From positions 248,001 to 312,000 of the forward strand of contig JBEWZL010000202.1 in assembly GCA_045837725.1 (NCBI GenBank): DNA of 64,000 bases. Direction: 5' to 3'. Made by a program: the position numbers and the translations under genes. Below the pieces are notes generated by a model. The model made no database searches. It saw nothing but the letters and a program-made list of their open reading frames with translations, and was not told where the DNA came from. Positions 11,967 through 24,313 of this stretch are shown here, in pieces; position 1 is the stretch's first letter, and every line of letters starts with the position of its first letter. Source of the DNA: Vermamoeba vermiformis. Lineage: Eukaryota.

Positions 11967-12937
11967 TTACACTTTAAAATACTTATGCTTCAAAGCCTTT
12001 TTAGCCGTAATAAGTTTGGTCGGATCTGCACCAATGAGTTTCTTGAACAAGTTCGTTAAGACAGGTCGCTCTTTGTCGTTAATCTGCATACAGAATTGAG
12101 CCAAGTCATGTTGAGGCATATTAAAAGTGGGATAACGTTGAAAAATGTCAAGATCCAGCAACTAAAATGTTCTTATTAGCAACTGATTTGTACGAAGACC
12201 AAATTCTGGGCAATATCAGACATACCAGCTCCAAAAATAAAATACATGAGGCCCGCAAGTCGATTTCGCGAACTTCGTACTTAAAGTCGCGAGCATTTTC
12301 GGCTTCTTCAAAATTGGTCAAATAGATGTGAGGCTCAGTTCGTGTTTCGTTCCATTCCCACGTGATGCTGCTCGTGTCAACGTTGCAGTGAGCTATTTTG
12401 TGCTTGTGGCACCACGCTAGCGCCTGAAAAAAAGGATCGGAGCCGATTAGTTTTCGCGATAAAAGTACAATTATAATTTGTCTTACCTGAAATACCTGAC
12501 GCATTACCGTCTTGACATATGGGCGCAGTGTTTCACGACAAAAAGCGGTGTGTTTTCGTACAAGCAAGCAAGGATCATATGGGGAATATTCTGGGTTCGG
12601 GAAAATGCCAACCATATCCACAATGTGCGGACACTTCTTTTTCTTCACGTAGACATCGTAATAATAATAATCATATACGAGCCAAGTACCGTGTGGACAC
12701 TTCGTGAGTCTCTTCTTTGGATGTGCTTGGTTTGCAATTTCGTTGGATAATTGTGCTTCTCTTAAACGATCGCGAACTCTTGCAGCTTCCATTAATTCTC
12801 TACATTTATTTCAGTTAGTTATTTTATTTTGATTTTAAAATCCCTCGTCTTAATGCTTGCTTTAGTTTCGTAGAGAAAGTTGTACGGTTCGATCCCTCCA
12901 GCAATAGCTCTTCAACATCAGTGCTTACGTTTGCCAT
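11967..12937 (-). CDS. Protein-kinase-fold protein, probable pseudokinase (5' end uncertain)
   Basis: ALAWCHKHKIAHCNVD replaces HRD, IYLTNFE replaces DFG, and the C-lobe ends DPTKLITAKKALKHKYF. Confidence 0.7.
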
Positions 12938-13171
12938 TTGTTGTTGTAGCAGTTATCGTTCTAATTCACAAATGAAAGACAAAAATTGGACAAAATACAA
13001 GAAAAAAAACGGCTACAAAAAAAGTGCGGGAATTCGCTGCTACAAAAAGGTTAGGTTATGATGAACTATGAGTTTATGTACAAAGTTTAGTACTATACAT
13101 CGCTGAATTATAAATAAAGGTATATACATGTTTCAAAACTAGAGGTTTTGCGTTGATCCGGATTCGTAACA

Positions 13172-14767
13172 TTAATTCGCCGTTGAGGGAGTTGCTATTT
13201 CGGCATCGGCAGGTGATATCGCCTCCGCAGTAGGAGTTACGATAACGTGTTCGTCAGTGCGCTTGCTATCCTTGCTATCGCTAATAAAGACGGTAGATGC
13301 AGGTCTTGACATACTTTTTCCTGTTTGTCCAGATGACGAGCTCATTGGCTGCTTGACGTTCTTTTGGTAGGTCACCAATATAGCAATGCAATAAGCAAGC
13401 TCGGCGGCACGCATTAAAGCTTCTTGAATAATTAGATAAGCGGTGGATGCGATGATGTCTTGCGTGGCAGTAGAAGAGATGATAATCAAGCCGATTATAA
13501 TAATGAAGACTATGATCATAATGACGCTAACAGTGATGCCAAAGGTGTTGATCTGGACAAAATAAAAGTTTAACATTATTTTACCATAAAAGGAAAGTCC
13601 GCCAGTATAAACAATTTCCTCAGTTTGCGTTATTAAGAATAAAACCTATTATTATGTAATAATATGCCTGCTTTAGCTTACCTTTTTAATAACCTTCTTT
13701 CGCCTATTATCGATATCTTTGAAAACTTTGAGCTGACGACGCAATTTGGCACCAAAAACAAGCAAAGAAATAGTAGTGCTAAATAACAGAAGCAGTACTA
13801 TAATAAAGTAGACTATTTGAATGCCCACGCGCGCTACAGGCGAGGTTTGAGGAATGGATGTAAGAATGTCGACAATCAATTCCCAAATTGCAAAGCCAAT
13901 AGCGATCCATTTAAATGCACTTTTTAGTCTTTTAAGTACGGTTGCCATTCTCGGTTTCGTTTTTAAATAGGCAGCAATCCTACAAATAATTTCGTTAGGG
14001 ATGTCGATCCAAACGATTTAATTTCGCTAGAATCTAGCTACTCACCATAAATTGCAAACATATAATTGCATGGCTATCAATGTACTAATAGCGAAACCAA
14101 ACAGAATGCTTCCAACGACTAGATCCGCATTAATTAAAGTTGTCAGTCACGGGTTGTGCTTTAAAAGTGTACGATTTTTGTGTGTTTACCTTCGGGTACT
14201 GCTAGGACACGGCCATATTGATATAATGCAATATAGAATGCTCGTTCTAAAATACAAGTGTCAATTTAAAGTTAACCGCGCGGATGGACATCCGTCAAAA
14301 AATATTTCAATTTTAAAACCCGCTTACCAAATCCAAAGAATAATACCAATATAAATAGGGTCAATGTAGGCTTATTCACTTCTTTCCTCTTGAAGTTCTT
14401 GGCTTTAAACTATTTAAAAAATGATTTTTAGATCAGTATGCAGACACGTGCCATATTTCAAAAATATTTAAAAAATTCAGTAAATGATAATCGAGATCTT
14501 GTATATTAAGTTATCGCCTCTACTTACTAATTGAACGATGAGAATAATTGCCCAGATCATGATACCAATAAACGCCAAACAAAAAAATACTAAGTGGACA
14601 ATATAGTAGGTCCACAATCCATTATCAAATGCGTAAAAGAAGAGCGAACAATCGTCACCGATCCATCCGTCTCTACAATCGCAAGCAAGCGTCTCATTGT
14701 TACACAATCCGCCTTCGGTGCATCCGGAAACAACGCAATCATACGTGACCGTAGAATTGGTTGCCAT
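13172..14767 (-). CDS. EGF-domain-containing multi-pass (7TM-like) membrane protein
   Basis: N-terminal EGF-like CTEGGLCNNETLACDCRDGWIGDDC, followed by several TM exons and a Ser/Thr-rich tail. Confidence 0.75.
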
Positions 14768-15547
14768 AATAAATATAGCCGCGTGGTCTCCGCTTGAATG
14801 TAAAAAATAAAAGCAGCGGCGCAAGGTTAGCGAGATTTCTAGCGGAAGTTGCGAGTTCCACACAACAAACTGCCGCGTGGGAAAAATTTCGTTTTTGCGA
14901 CGATCAAAGACACAAAATAGTGGTGAAAGTGATAAATTATATTTCGTAAAAGTTTACGATGGCACGGATACAAAAATATCGGGCCCGAGAACGAACGCAA
15001 ATCCAAATCCAAATTCGCAACGGAATAAGAGGAGTTCCGCGGTATGACATGACAGATAAGATACGCATTAAATAATATTAATATGTGACGTGCATATCAT
15101 TGATATTATTTTATGATAGTAATTTGCTGCTTTACTGCTCGTAATAATTTTCATCCGTATCAAAAAACTCGTAGTATTTTATTCGCGATAAATTCCGAAC
15201 TAATTTATTCAAGAACATTTTGGTATATTCGGCGTATACTAATTTGAATGTCTTACCTGAATTTTGATGCTGGGTGCACATCCGGCTCGAGCCACAACGA
15301 ATTTTTATCCAAGCGAAACAAACATGTTCGGTACTCTAGCATTAATATTGCACGAGCTGTTACGCTTAATAAATAACAATACTGCATTAGCTCACGTGTT
15401 CCGTGGGTTCTACTAAAATTATCAAAAAATATCAAGACGTAACGGTTAAAACCTGTTGCACCGCTCAAATTAGCCATTAATTCTAATGACCCGATAGTAA
15501 TAAGCCACATATACTCCCATACATTAATACGAACTTAATAATCAACA

Positions 15548-17324
15548 ATGGAAGACAACAAAGCGAACGTAACAGCAGATTCCAAGGAGACCGAAAAGAA
15601 GGTTCTAGCGCTTGGCGATCGCATGAAGACATACGAAGCTACTACAGTACAACTGCTAGACCCGAAATTGCCGTTTATTATCAGATTGGATGATGAGTAC
15701 TAAATTAAATATTTATAGAATCCAAGACTTAAGTCTTTCTTTGTCATTTACTACAGCACAAATAGCTTCTAAATAAGGTTGCACCGAATTTTTCTGTATT
15801 TTTTTCAATTAATTGATTCATTTTTTTGACGTTGCTAAATCTGGGTTGTAGGTCACAAGTTTAGTACCTTTACTCGTGTATTCAGAAAGCCTTTCGATGA
15901 CAGAAGTAAGTGATCCGTTGCTTTTCGTGAGATCAATCACAACTGTGTTTTCGAATCTCGGATGCGAGCTACATCCGGCGAGTGATTCAAAACACAAATA
16001 TGTCTATTTCACTTACTAATGCCGTATAGTTACCAACGCCATGACCGAGACTGCAAAGCAATTGTTGCTAGAGTTCAATCCTGCCACTGTGTACACCTGC
16101 AGTGACGAGATCACGCTCATCTACCCCGTTGAGCCGTGGGACCCTAACGCACCAGTCGAAGAAAAAGACAAAGATGCGAAAGAGAAAGAGAAGGTCTTGT
16201 TTTTCAACGGCAAGATTCAAAAGATTGCTTCTCTCACTTCTGCGTACGCATCTGTCTGCTTCGATCGTGCTTTGAACAGCCAAAAATGGGATCCTGTTGC
16301 CGATGAGAAGGTAAGTATACTTATATTATTTTTATCCATAACGATTATGCACTTGTTGCTCCGTTGGCGAGATCGAGTTAAATACTTAAATTCTAGTTAA
16401 CTCCTTTTCTCTTGCTTACAATTTCTTGATTACTCGTGCAAATAATTATAAATACATATATACGTCTATTTATGGACATAATTTCGGCGAGCACGATTTT
16501 ATATCGAAAATTTACTTACCTCAAACTTCGTACAGATCATCAACTTGTTGGCGACTAAGAAGCCGTACTTTGACTCCCGAGTATTCAACGTACCTAGCAA
16601 CATTGAGTTGGTGGTAAGTACATTAAAGAGTGTATTATATCGACTAGTGTAAGCTCATTGTTACCGTACCAGAACAACTTGATCTGGCGCAGTCACTACG
16701 ATTTCAGACGCAACTCGATCTCCATCTACAGCAGACAATTCTTCTCTGACAAAGAAATGCACGGTGTTAGCTCTGCAGATTTGTTGAAGAAGATCGTCGA
16801 GGGTGGTCATCCTAAGTGGGAAGATCTGCCGGGCCACTACAAGTTTGGTATCTTTGTTAAGGTAAGTTATTGCTATAAATTTTATCTACTCGACACCTTA
16901 GTGGTGTTACTGATTTTTAAATTAATCTGGGGCTTTAAATAAGAGTATCGAGATCTTTTATGAGCACGTACTGGATCTCCATTGATCTTAAGTTTTAATG
17001 CCTAATTGTTTAGAATAATAACAGTTCTCAAAATAATCTATATACGCGTAGCGATAAGGTGGATTTACCATTTGAGCCTATTTCTGTACTAGCATGAATT
17101 CGGATCGGCAATTTGATCTAATTATTAATTTATTATAGAGAGAGAAGTACAACAAGGAGGTTGAAATTCCCGATCCCAAGGACAAGACCAAGACGAAGAC
17201 AGTGACTGCTACTCGAACTACTGAGCACGTGTCGAGCTTCGAGATTGAGAAGTACACCGAGGACTACGAGAAGTTTGTCATTGCGAAGTACGTGAACGAC
17301 ACTTTTGTATTCAAAAAGGAATAA
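15548..17324 (+). CDS. Thg1-like protein (TLP; 3'-5' RNA polymerase, tRNAHis guanylyltransferase family)
   Basis: LGDRMKTYE, IIRLD(G)HKFSTFT...KPFD, YTCSDEITL, FNGKIQKIAS, YFDSRVFNVP, NNLIWR. The first intron has a non-canonical donor. Confidence 0.92.
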
Positions 17325-17626
17325 ATATACCGAGGGACATGTACATGTTTACGATTAAATCCTTCCCTATTCGCATGTAATTTACTTTTAAAACAACTGG
17401 TTTTCAGTGAACGGCTGCCAATGTTAGCGAACTCACTGGTTGAGTCGCAAATAGCTTAACAATGTCTAATTTAGTTGCGGATGATTTGTTGAAGTCACAA
17501 TGGCTTAAGGCAAGATAATAATGGTGTTTATTGACTTCATCCGACTTTTTTCTGACGTGTACAAGACAAGAACACGACAAGTCAAAAGATGCAAATTATT
17601 AAATCAATACCAACGAGTAGTATACA

Positions 17627-20444
17627 ATGCGATCATTATTTAGATACGCATTTACGGCTCTGAGAAGCCAAAGTCAAAAGCGTGTTGGCTCACAATCGCT
17701 TTTTCTGACACGATCTGCTCGTCTTAACGCCGCCAAAAAAATTGTTTCAGCATCATTCAGATCAAACGCGTTACGATCGTTCCAGTTGAGCCCAATCCAA
17801 CGTAATAATGAGAAATTAATGCATCAGCGATTTTTGAATTAATTATTTTAAATTAAACAGAGCGATTTTATTCATCTGCTAATGACAATAAAACGGTGGA
17901 CCCACAGATTAGTAAGTACATAATATTTTGGTAATTTTAATTAATTTTGTCTTCAGCAGCGGATCTTATCGATCGTGCTTTTGCGGAGGTGGACATTAAC
18001 CCCAAACAAGCTCTTCAAATGTTTAATGAGCTGCACGAGACGATCGGCAATGATGAACGAGTTTTATACGGCAAAGGTACGGTCATCAAGATTTTTTCTG
18101 ATCCCGGATCTAATTTCTTTTTGCCAGCATCTGCTTTGTGTCGTTTGGATCGTGACAGCGAAGCACTTGAAATGTTAGATCAATTATCGGCCGCTTATCC
18201 AAATTCGCCTGTTTCCTCTCTCAAAGCCACGATCCACTTTCGACAAGTCCGTATTAAATTTTACTATTATCGTAAATTCCTTACTAAAACCTTGTTCATG
18301 AACAGGGAAATTTCGAGTTGGCGGCTGCAAATTATGAAGATGCAGCGGAGAGATTTCCCGACGACTTTAATATCTTAGCGCAGTTAGCCGAATCATACAC
18401 TCGCAGTGGCAGGGTTATGGATGCTTTAGAAACTTATGAAAAAGCGAATGAAATTAATCCTAATGATTCGTTGATTATCAATAACATGGGCTTGTGTTAC
18501 CAGCGGCTAGGACCGCAATACGTCAATGAAGTTTTGTCCCTCGCGCAACAAGCCGTAGAACTGCACCCTGAAAATGCTGAGCTGTGGAATAACCTTGCCC
18601 AGGCATATGAGAGTATAGGTACTTAATACCAGATATTTAAACGTTTCCACAACAATATTTTACCAAATTTGGCAAGTTTATTTTTTTTACGTATCTAAAA
18701 CTTGATTATTTTTTCAGGTGAATTAGAAGCAGCTCAAGAATTCTACGACAAAATGCAATCGATTGATGCTAATTTACCATTGGGTTCATATAATCATGCA
18801 TCGCTGTTGCTTCGCTTAAACAAACTTGACGAAGCCGAGAAAATGTTTTTAAAACTGACCGAACTCAAAGAAGATAATTTTAACCTTCGCGCTGGCGCAG
18901 TGCTAATTTCGATGTACTCCGTTCAAGTACGTAGGACCTATAATAGGATATATATTATTATGAGCTAAATATAGTAATATAGAAAAGAAATGACGAGGCG
19001 ATAGAACTAGCGAAAAAATTATTGAAATTTCACCCTTTCCAAGCCGTAGTTTTGTATTACTTAGGAAGAGCTTATATGACCAGTAATATCGACGAAGCGA
19101 TCAAACACTTAGAACACGCATTGAGTATTGACAGCGAACATGAACACGTGTTGGATGCATTAGCGAGTTGTTACTTTATTAAGGGACAATACGACAAAGC
19201 CGTTGAGTACTTTAAACGCACAAATACATTCGCAGATTCTTTGGGTAAGATTTAATACTAATTAGGAAAACTCTCAAATAATCGAATGAAATTAATTTTT
19301 ATCCTTCAAATAGCATATTTATTCTAATACTTATATTAAGTTCGCAACAAAACTAACTTGTTATTGTAGGTTGGAATCAAATGTTCGATGAAGCAGATGC
19401 GGTGATAGAGTTTTTGCTCAAGAAGGTCCCTGAGCGACACCGTGCGATCTACAAGGCAAAAATGAGTCTCAGCGCTCGCAAAAGAGATTACGCGGAGGAG
19501 TTTAAATGTTTCAAGAAGCTTTTGGAAGTTGCGACGGATCCAGTCGACTACGCTAACTTTTTGTTATTGAAGTATGCACAATATGAAATTAGAATATGGT
19601 ATTTTTGAGATACTAATATTATCGTAGTAACGACTTTGAAGGCGCTTTGAAAACACTGGATCAGATCCTGGTCGCTGATCCAGAGAGGAAAGATGCAGTC
19701 GTGAACAAGGCTATTGTGCTTATAGAATACGTATGTAATACCTATATATACTGTTATTGAATTCTAAGTTGGTAATATGTCATTCAGGGCCGTATAAAAG
19801 AAGCTGTAGAGTTACTCAATCCGAAGGATCCTTCGAAAGACTATTTTGGCGTCGATTATGCTGAGGTCTTAGCGGCAGGTTTGTCACGTGATGATAACTC
19901 GCTGGACTGGGCGGAAGAAGTTTGTTATGTTATTAGATCCAGATATGCAGCAAATATGGCGATGAGTGAAGTGCATCGTAGGCGAGGTAAGTATTTAACA
20001 TTTCTATATAAGGCAATGTCATCAAATTTACAATAATTTACAACGTTCTTCTCGAGCACGTCAAAATTTCCATTTTTAGTCCACTCGAAGTTCGCAAAAA
20101 AGTAATTTTGTTTTTTCAAAAAAACGTTTGCATTTCGGTTAGGGAATGAATAATAGGGATGTCTACATATAATATTACTAACGATCTCTCAAAAAATAGG
20201 CAATTATGAACAAGCAATGAAAAGTTGGAGGACGGCCCTTGCGATCAACAATAGCCGGTCAGATTATGTTTTTCCTGAAGCATTTCCGTACAGATTCTTA
20301 GAAATGCAACAACGAGCGAAGATATTGGAGTCTATGGGTGATCTTGAGGGAGCAATGAAAGAGTACGCCAGCGTGTTGGCAATTAATCCGTTGGATCTAG
20401 TGTCAAAGGAGCGATTGGAGGCTTTAAAAAGCAAATCTTCGTAA
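17627..20444 (+). CDS. TPR-repeat protein with predicted mitochondrial presequence
   Basis: Arg/Ser-rich N-terminus without acidic residues (MRSLFRYAFTALRSQSQKR...), many TPRs (e.g. ALETYEKANEINPND, AIKHLEHALSIDSEH), about 12 exons. Confidence 0.85.
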
Positions 20445-20679
20445 CAATAATCATGTAGCCCAAAAAATAGAGCCTTATTAAAAAGTTAGAAAAAAGACGG
20501 TACAATGCCTTTAAACGATAGATCTATTACTCGGATTGCATCAGAAGCTTAATCGGTAATATGTTCATAGTAAGCTATTTCCTTTTCCTTTCTGATGTTT
20601 CTTAGAAACAGGTATTACTAAATTAGGAAAATCATCTCAGCAGGCAGATTGATTAGAGAATCGAACGCTTTTTTCGGCG

Positions 20680-22628
20680 ATGTTGGTCACCATGAGCACA
20701 AATCACATTAGATATATATTAGGTGCTCTATTGTTGTGCATAGCCTTAGCCAGTGCTCAACATCACCATGGTAACCCGGATACGAATGGCAATACTGACG
20801 GAGAAGGTGGCGGTGCTGCTATGAAGTACAAAGACGCTGGTTTTCAGCTCGGTGTTCGTTCAGATGGCTATGCTTGCGAAGGTAAGCATTTTTAAGTAGT
20901 ATTTTTGATTTTATTTTTACGTAGAAGAATTTTTTCAATTATTCTCTAGGACTTAATCGATGAAAGGATCATAATCAATTCCAATAAAACGATCTTAAAT
21001 AAGCCGAATACTAATTTTCAAATTTTCGCTAGACAATCTGATGACTCCCGACGGCCCCAATCATCATGCTTCGCACATGGTATTAGAAAGACCTCAAGAA
21101 TGGGCTTACTTTCATCCTTTCCGCTTGTTCTTTTGCGGAGTTACTTCTGTTGCGCCTATTTCATACGAGATGCGGTTCGAGATCGAAAACAAATCCATCG
21201 CCCAGTTTTCGCAATCAGACGGCTACAATCCAGTTCGAACAGTTAACTGGGTGGCTCATGTTTGTGCTGAAGGCAACGTGGATGATCCGATCTGTTGGGA
21301 TAAGGTACATTTTTCGTTTTTTCGTTTGTACTGACTACGATTTCGGAACAGATCCGTAAAACTCAAGCTGTCCTGGTGTGTTTAGAGTCCGGAATGACAA
21401 AAGTTAATATTAATTTCTATTTCCCTGGTTCAGGTTCGTATTATTTTAAATTTTGTACCGGATGTGGTTTTCATTTTTTCTTAGGCGAACGTGCGCACAC
21501 TAGCTTTCATCTTCTTTGTAAAGGCACTGATTACGATCGATTGTATTGGCAGAACCCTGCTTGGGGCCATTGGTTGCCTGGATTCGGAACTTTTATCGGC
21601 TACACTTTGATATTAATGCTCGAACTCGGCATTATTAAGGCCAATAATTATAAGACTAATAATGACGTCAGCACCAATAAGAAAGGCGACAAAATTAAGC
21701 GAATCTCCGTTGAATCGAATGATTCCAACAGCGGACAAGACGACCCGACAGGACTCGACGGAGTTGCTCTTGATGATAATGATGATCTTATAGTATCTAA
21801 TATTCGTAGAGATCATAGTACTGGTCCTCTAATCCGCTTGCTTCGCCGTTTTAAAAAAATGGCGAAAAAAACTTGGATGATTTTAGGCTTAGAAAATTTT
21901 ATTCTCGCCGCTACAGGACTTGGTACGATCAAAACATATTCGATTAATATACATATATATATTGACGTTATTATAGGTCTTGTTGTAGCACATTATCCGA
22001 CCGGCGATACTGCGTGGTCGGATCCGTTCAATTTGATGCATTTCATGCTCGGCGCTGCAATGTTAGTGATGGGTCTCGTAGGCACATTATTCAACACTAG
22101 TTATATGGCTAAGGTTACATTTAACTTCACTGTCTCATTGACGTTGATTATGCTCGGTATTATGATGAAACACCATGATCAAGAGGACGGGTTGGTCGGC
22201 CTCGTGCACAATGTCTTCACATATGGTAAGACTACTATAGTTAAATATTTATACTAGGTCCCGGCTATAACACATATTAACGAAATATACTTGATATTGT
22301 GTCATGCATTCTTACCAATAATGTCGATTTAGGCATCGTCTTAAGCGGTTTGTTCAAAATGATTAGCAACTTCTTGCCGACATTCAAGCTGTTGTTTATT
22401 CTCAGTGGGTTATGGGCCACATTCACGTTAGGACTAGGAGCGCCGTCATGGATGATCGCGTTCACCGCGATGGGCTTAATGGATGTGACTTTTGCAATTT
22501 TCACGGGATTCATCTGCATCACGTGGATGTGTTTGTGGGTACTCGTTGGCTATCTCATTAACAAACGGCGCGAGTCGATTTACTATCACTCTCTAAACGG
22601 AGGGTCAATTGAATTGCAAGCACTGTAA
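20680..22628 (+). CDS. Signal peptide + luminal domain fused to a TMEM45/DUF716-like His-rich membrane domain
   Basis: WGHWLPGFGTF resembles the TMEM45 GHxLPG motif; further TM His motifs NLMHFM, KHHDQ, LVHNVF; N-terminal signal peptide. Confidence 0.65.
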
Positions 22629-22743
22629 AATCGATAAAATAACTTATCAATCGTTGTATCATCTCGTGTATTTATTATACAAGTCGTTTTGTTTACAATC
22701 GGTAGGAAAAATCAAACACGTGGTTGTTACTAAAGCACTTTGG

Positions 22744-23694
22744 TTAAACGTGATAGAGTTTGCGGATCTCCTTCAGCCTGGTAATCACTTGAAGTATATT
22801 CGGCCGTTGATTTGGATCTGTTGCGCAGCAGTCTAGGACTAATTGACGCAGCTCTATATCACTGATTTTGTCGGTAATGCGTTTTTTACGATGCAATTCC
22901 TCCAAAATGGGTAGTCTGGCATTGGTCAGCATTTCGTACACGATTACGCCAAACCTAAAGTTTGAAGGTTATAACATAATATGATAATAACGGAGTGGTT
23001 AGAACTTACGAAAATATGTCGACTCTCTCGTCGTAGACCTCTTCAGCCATCATTTCCGGTGGCATTGCAATGCCTATTGTCCCGATCACGGTCTGCGGGA
23101 CAACGTTAGGCTGTTGAAAGATTGCTTTCCCGAAGTCACAAATCTTCGCTCGTTTTTTGTTCCGATGCAACTGCTTATTTCATGAATAATCCGATCCAAT
23201 GAATTCGAATTCTAGCGCTTACCAACACATTTGAACTCTTCAGGTCTCGGTGAATTACTTGCTGGGAATGTAGATAATGTAGTCCTTTGGCAATATCGAG
23301 GGCAATTTGTATGACTTCGGAGCTTGACATTTTGACGTTTTGCTTAAATAGCAAATCTTCGAGCGAACCGTCCCTCATGTATTCCAAAATAAATATTAGA
23401 TTGTGATTGTTGGCTTGCGGATCCGTTGTCACTCCCATCAATGTGACGATGAACTTGTAACGCAGACGTCTACCAATGAAAGGTTAAAGTAAATTATATC
23501 AAAGTATATATTACGTACATTAATATTTTTGCTTCTTGCGAAATATTTTCTAGTTTTGTCGAGCTTTTCAGAGTTTTTAAAGCTACTTTAATCTCATTCC
23601 ACTCGGCAAGAAGCACTTGGCTAGAACCTCCTTCGCCAATTGAGGAAACTTTTGTTAAAGTGCTGAATGGCACTTCTAATGCATCGGATGACAT
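22744..23694 (-). CDS. Tyrosine-kinase-like (TKL) protein kinase
   Basis: IGEGGSSQV, VALK, HRDLKSSN, KICDFG, DIFSFG, DPNQRP. Start codon tentative. Confidence 0.9.
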
Positions 23695-24313
23695 AATCTG
23701 GGCAATCAAAAAATGATGCGAATAGTAAACTCTTTAAGTTCCAGAATATCTTGAGGACTGTTAATGTGGTTAGTTCGGCATGGTATTTGAATTTTTATAC
23801 TTTGGACCTCACCTGTGAATTTTTAGCATCTCGACGAAAATTCAGCTAATTTAACACAAGAAACGAATCATGGCATTTTAAAACATTGACGTTTGGAATA
23901 TCGATGGTAAAATTCTACGTGTGAACTAACAATCCGGGTTGTGAATTGTTGGGATGCTTCGTTTGACTTTTCGGACCCCGTTTTTGGCAATAAACAGAAT
24001 TCGTTTACTGTGTCAATAAAAACAATCTAGTGTTAGATGGAGTATTAAATTTCCGGAACAGGTAATTTTCAATCCCACCAAAACTCAAATTTTCTGAGGC
24101 ACAAAAATTAAATTAAGGCATTAGCTTAAACAAAAAATTGAAACTAGGAATTTTATCCCCCGATAAATACTGCTACCACTTTACGTAGATCTTGAGGTTG
24201 TTGCATTTTCGAGACTTGTTGATGGGATTGCACACGGGCGATATACAGTGAAAGTATGTTTAGTACAGATAAGGCACGTTTATTGAATTACGTACGCTGT
24301 TTATTATGACTGT

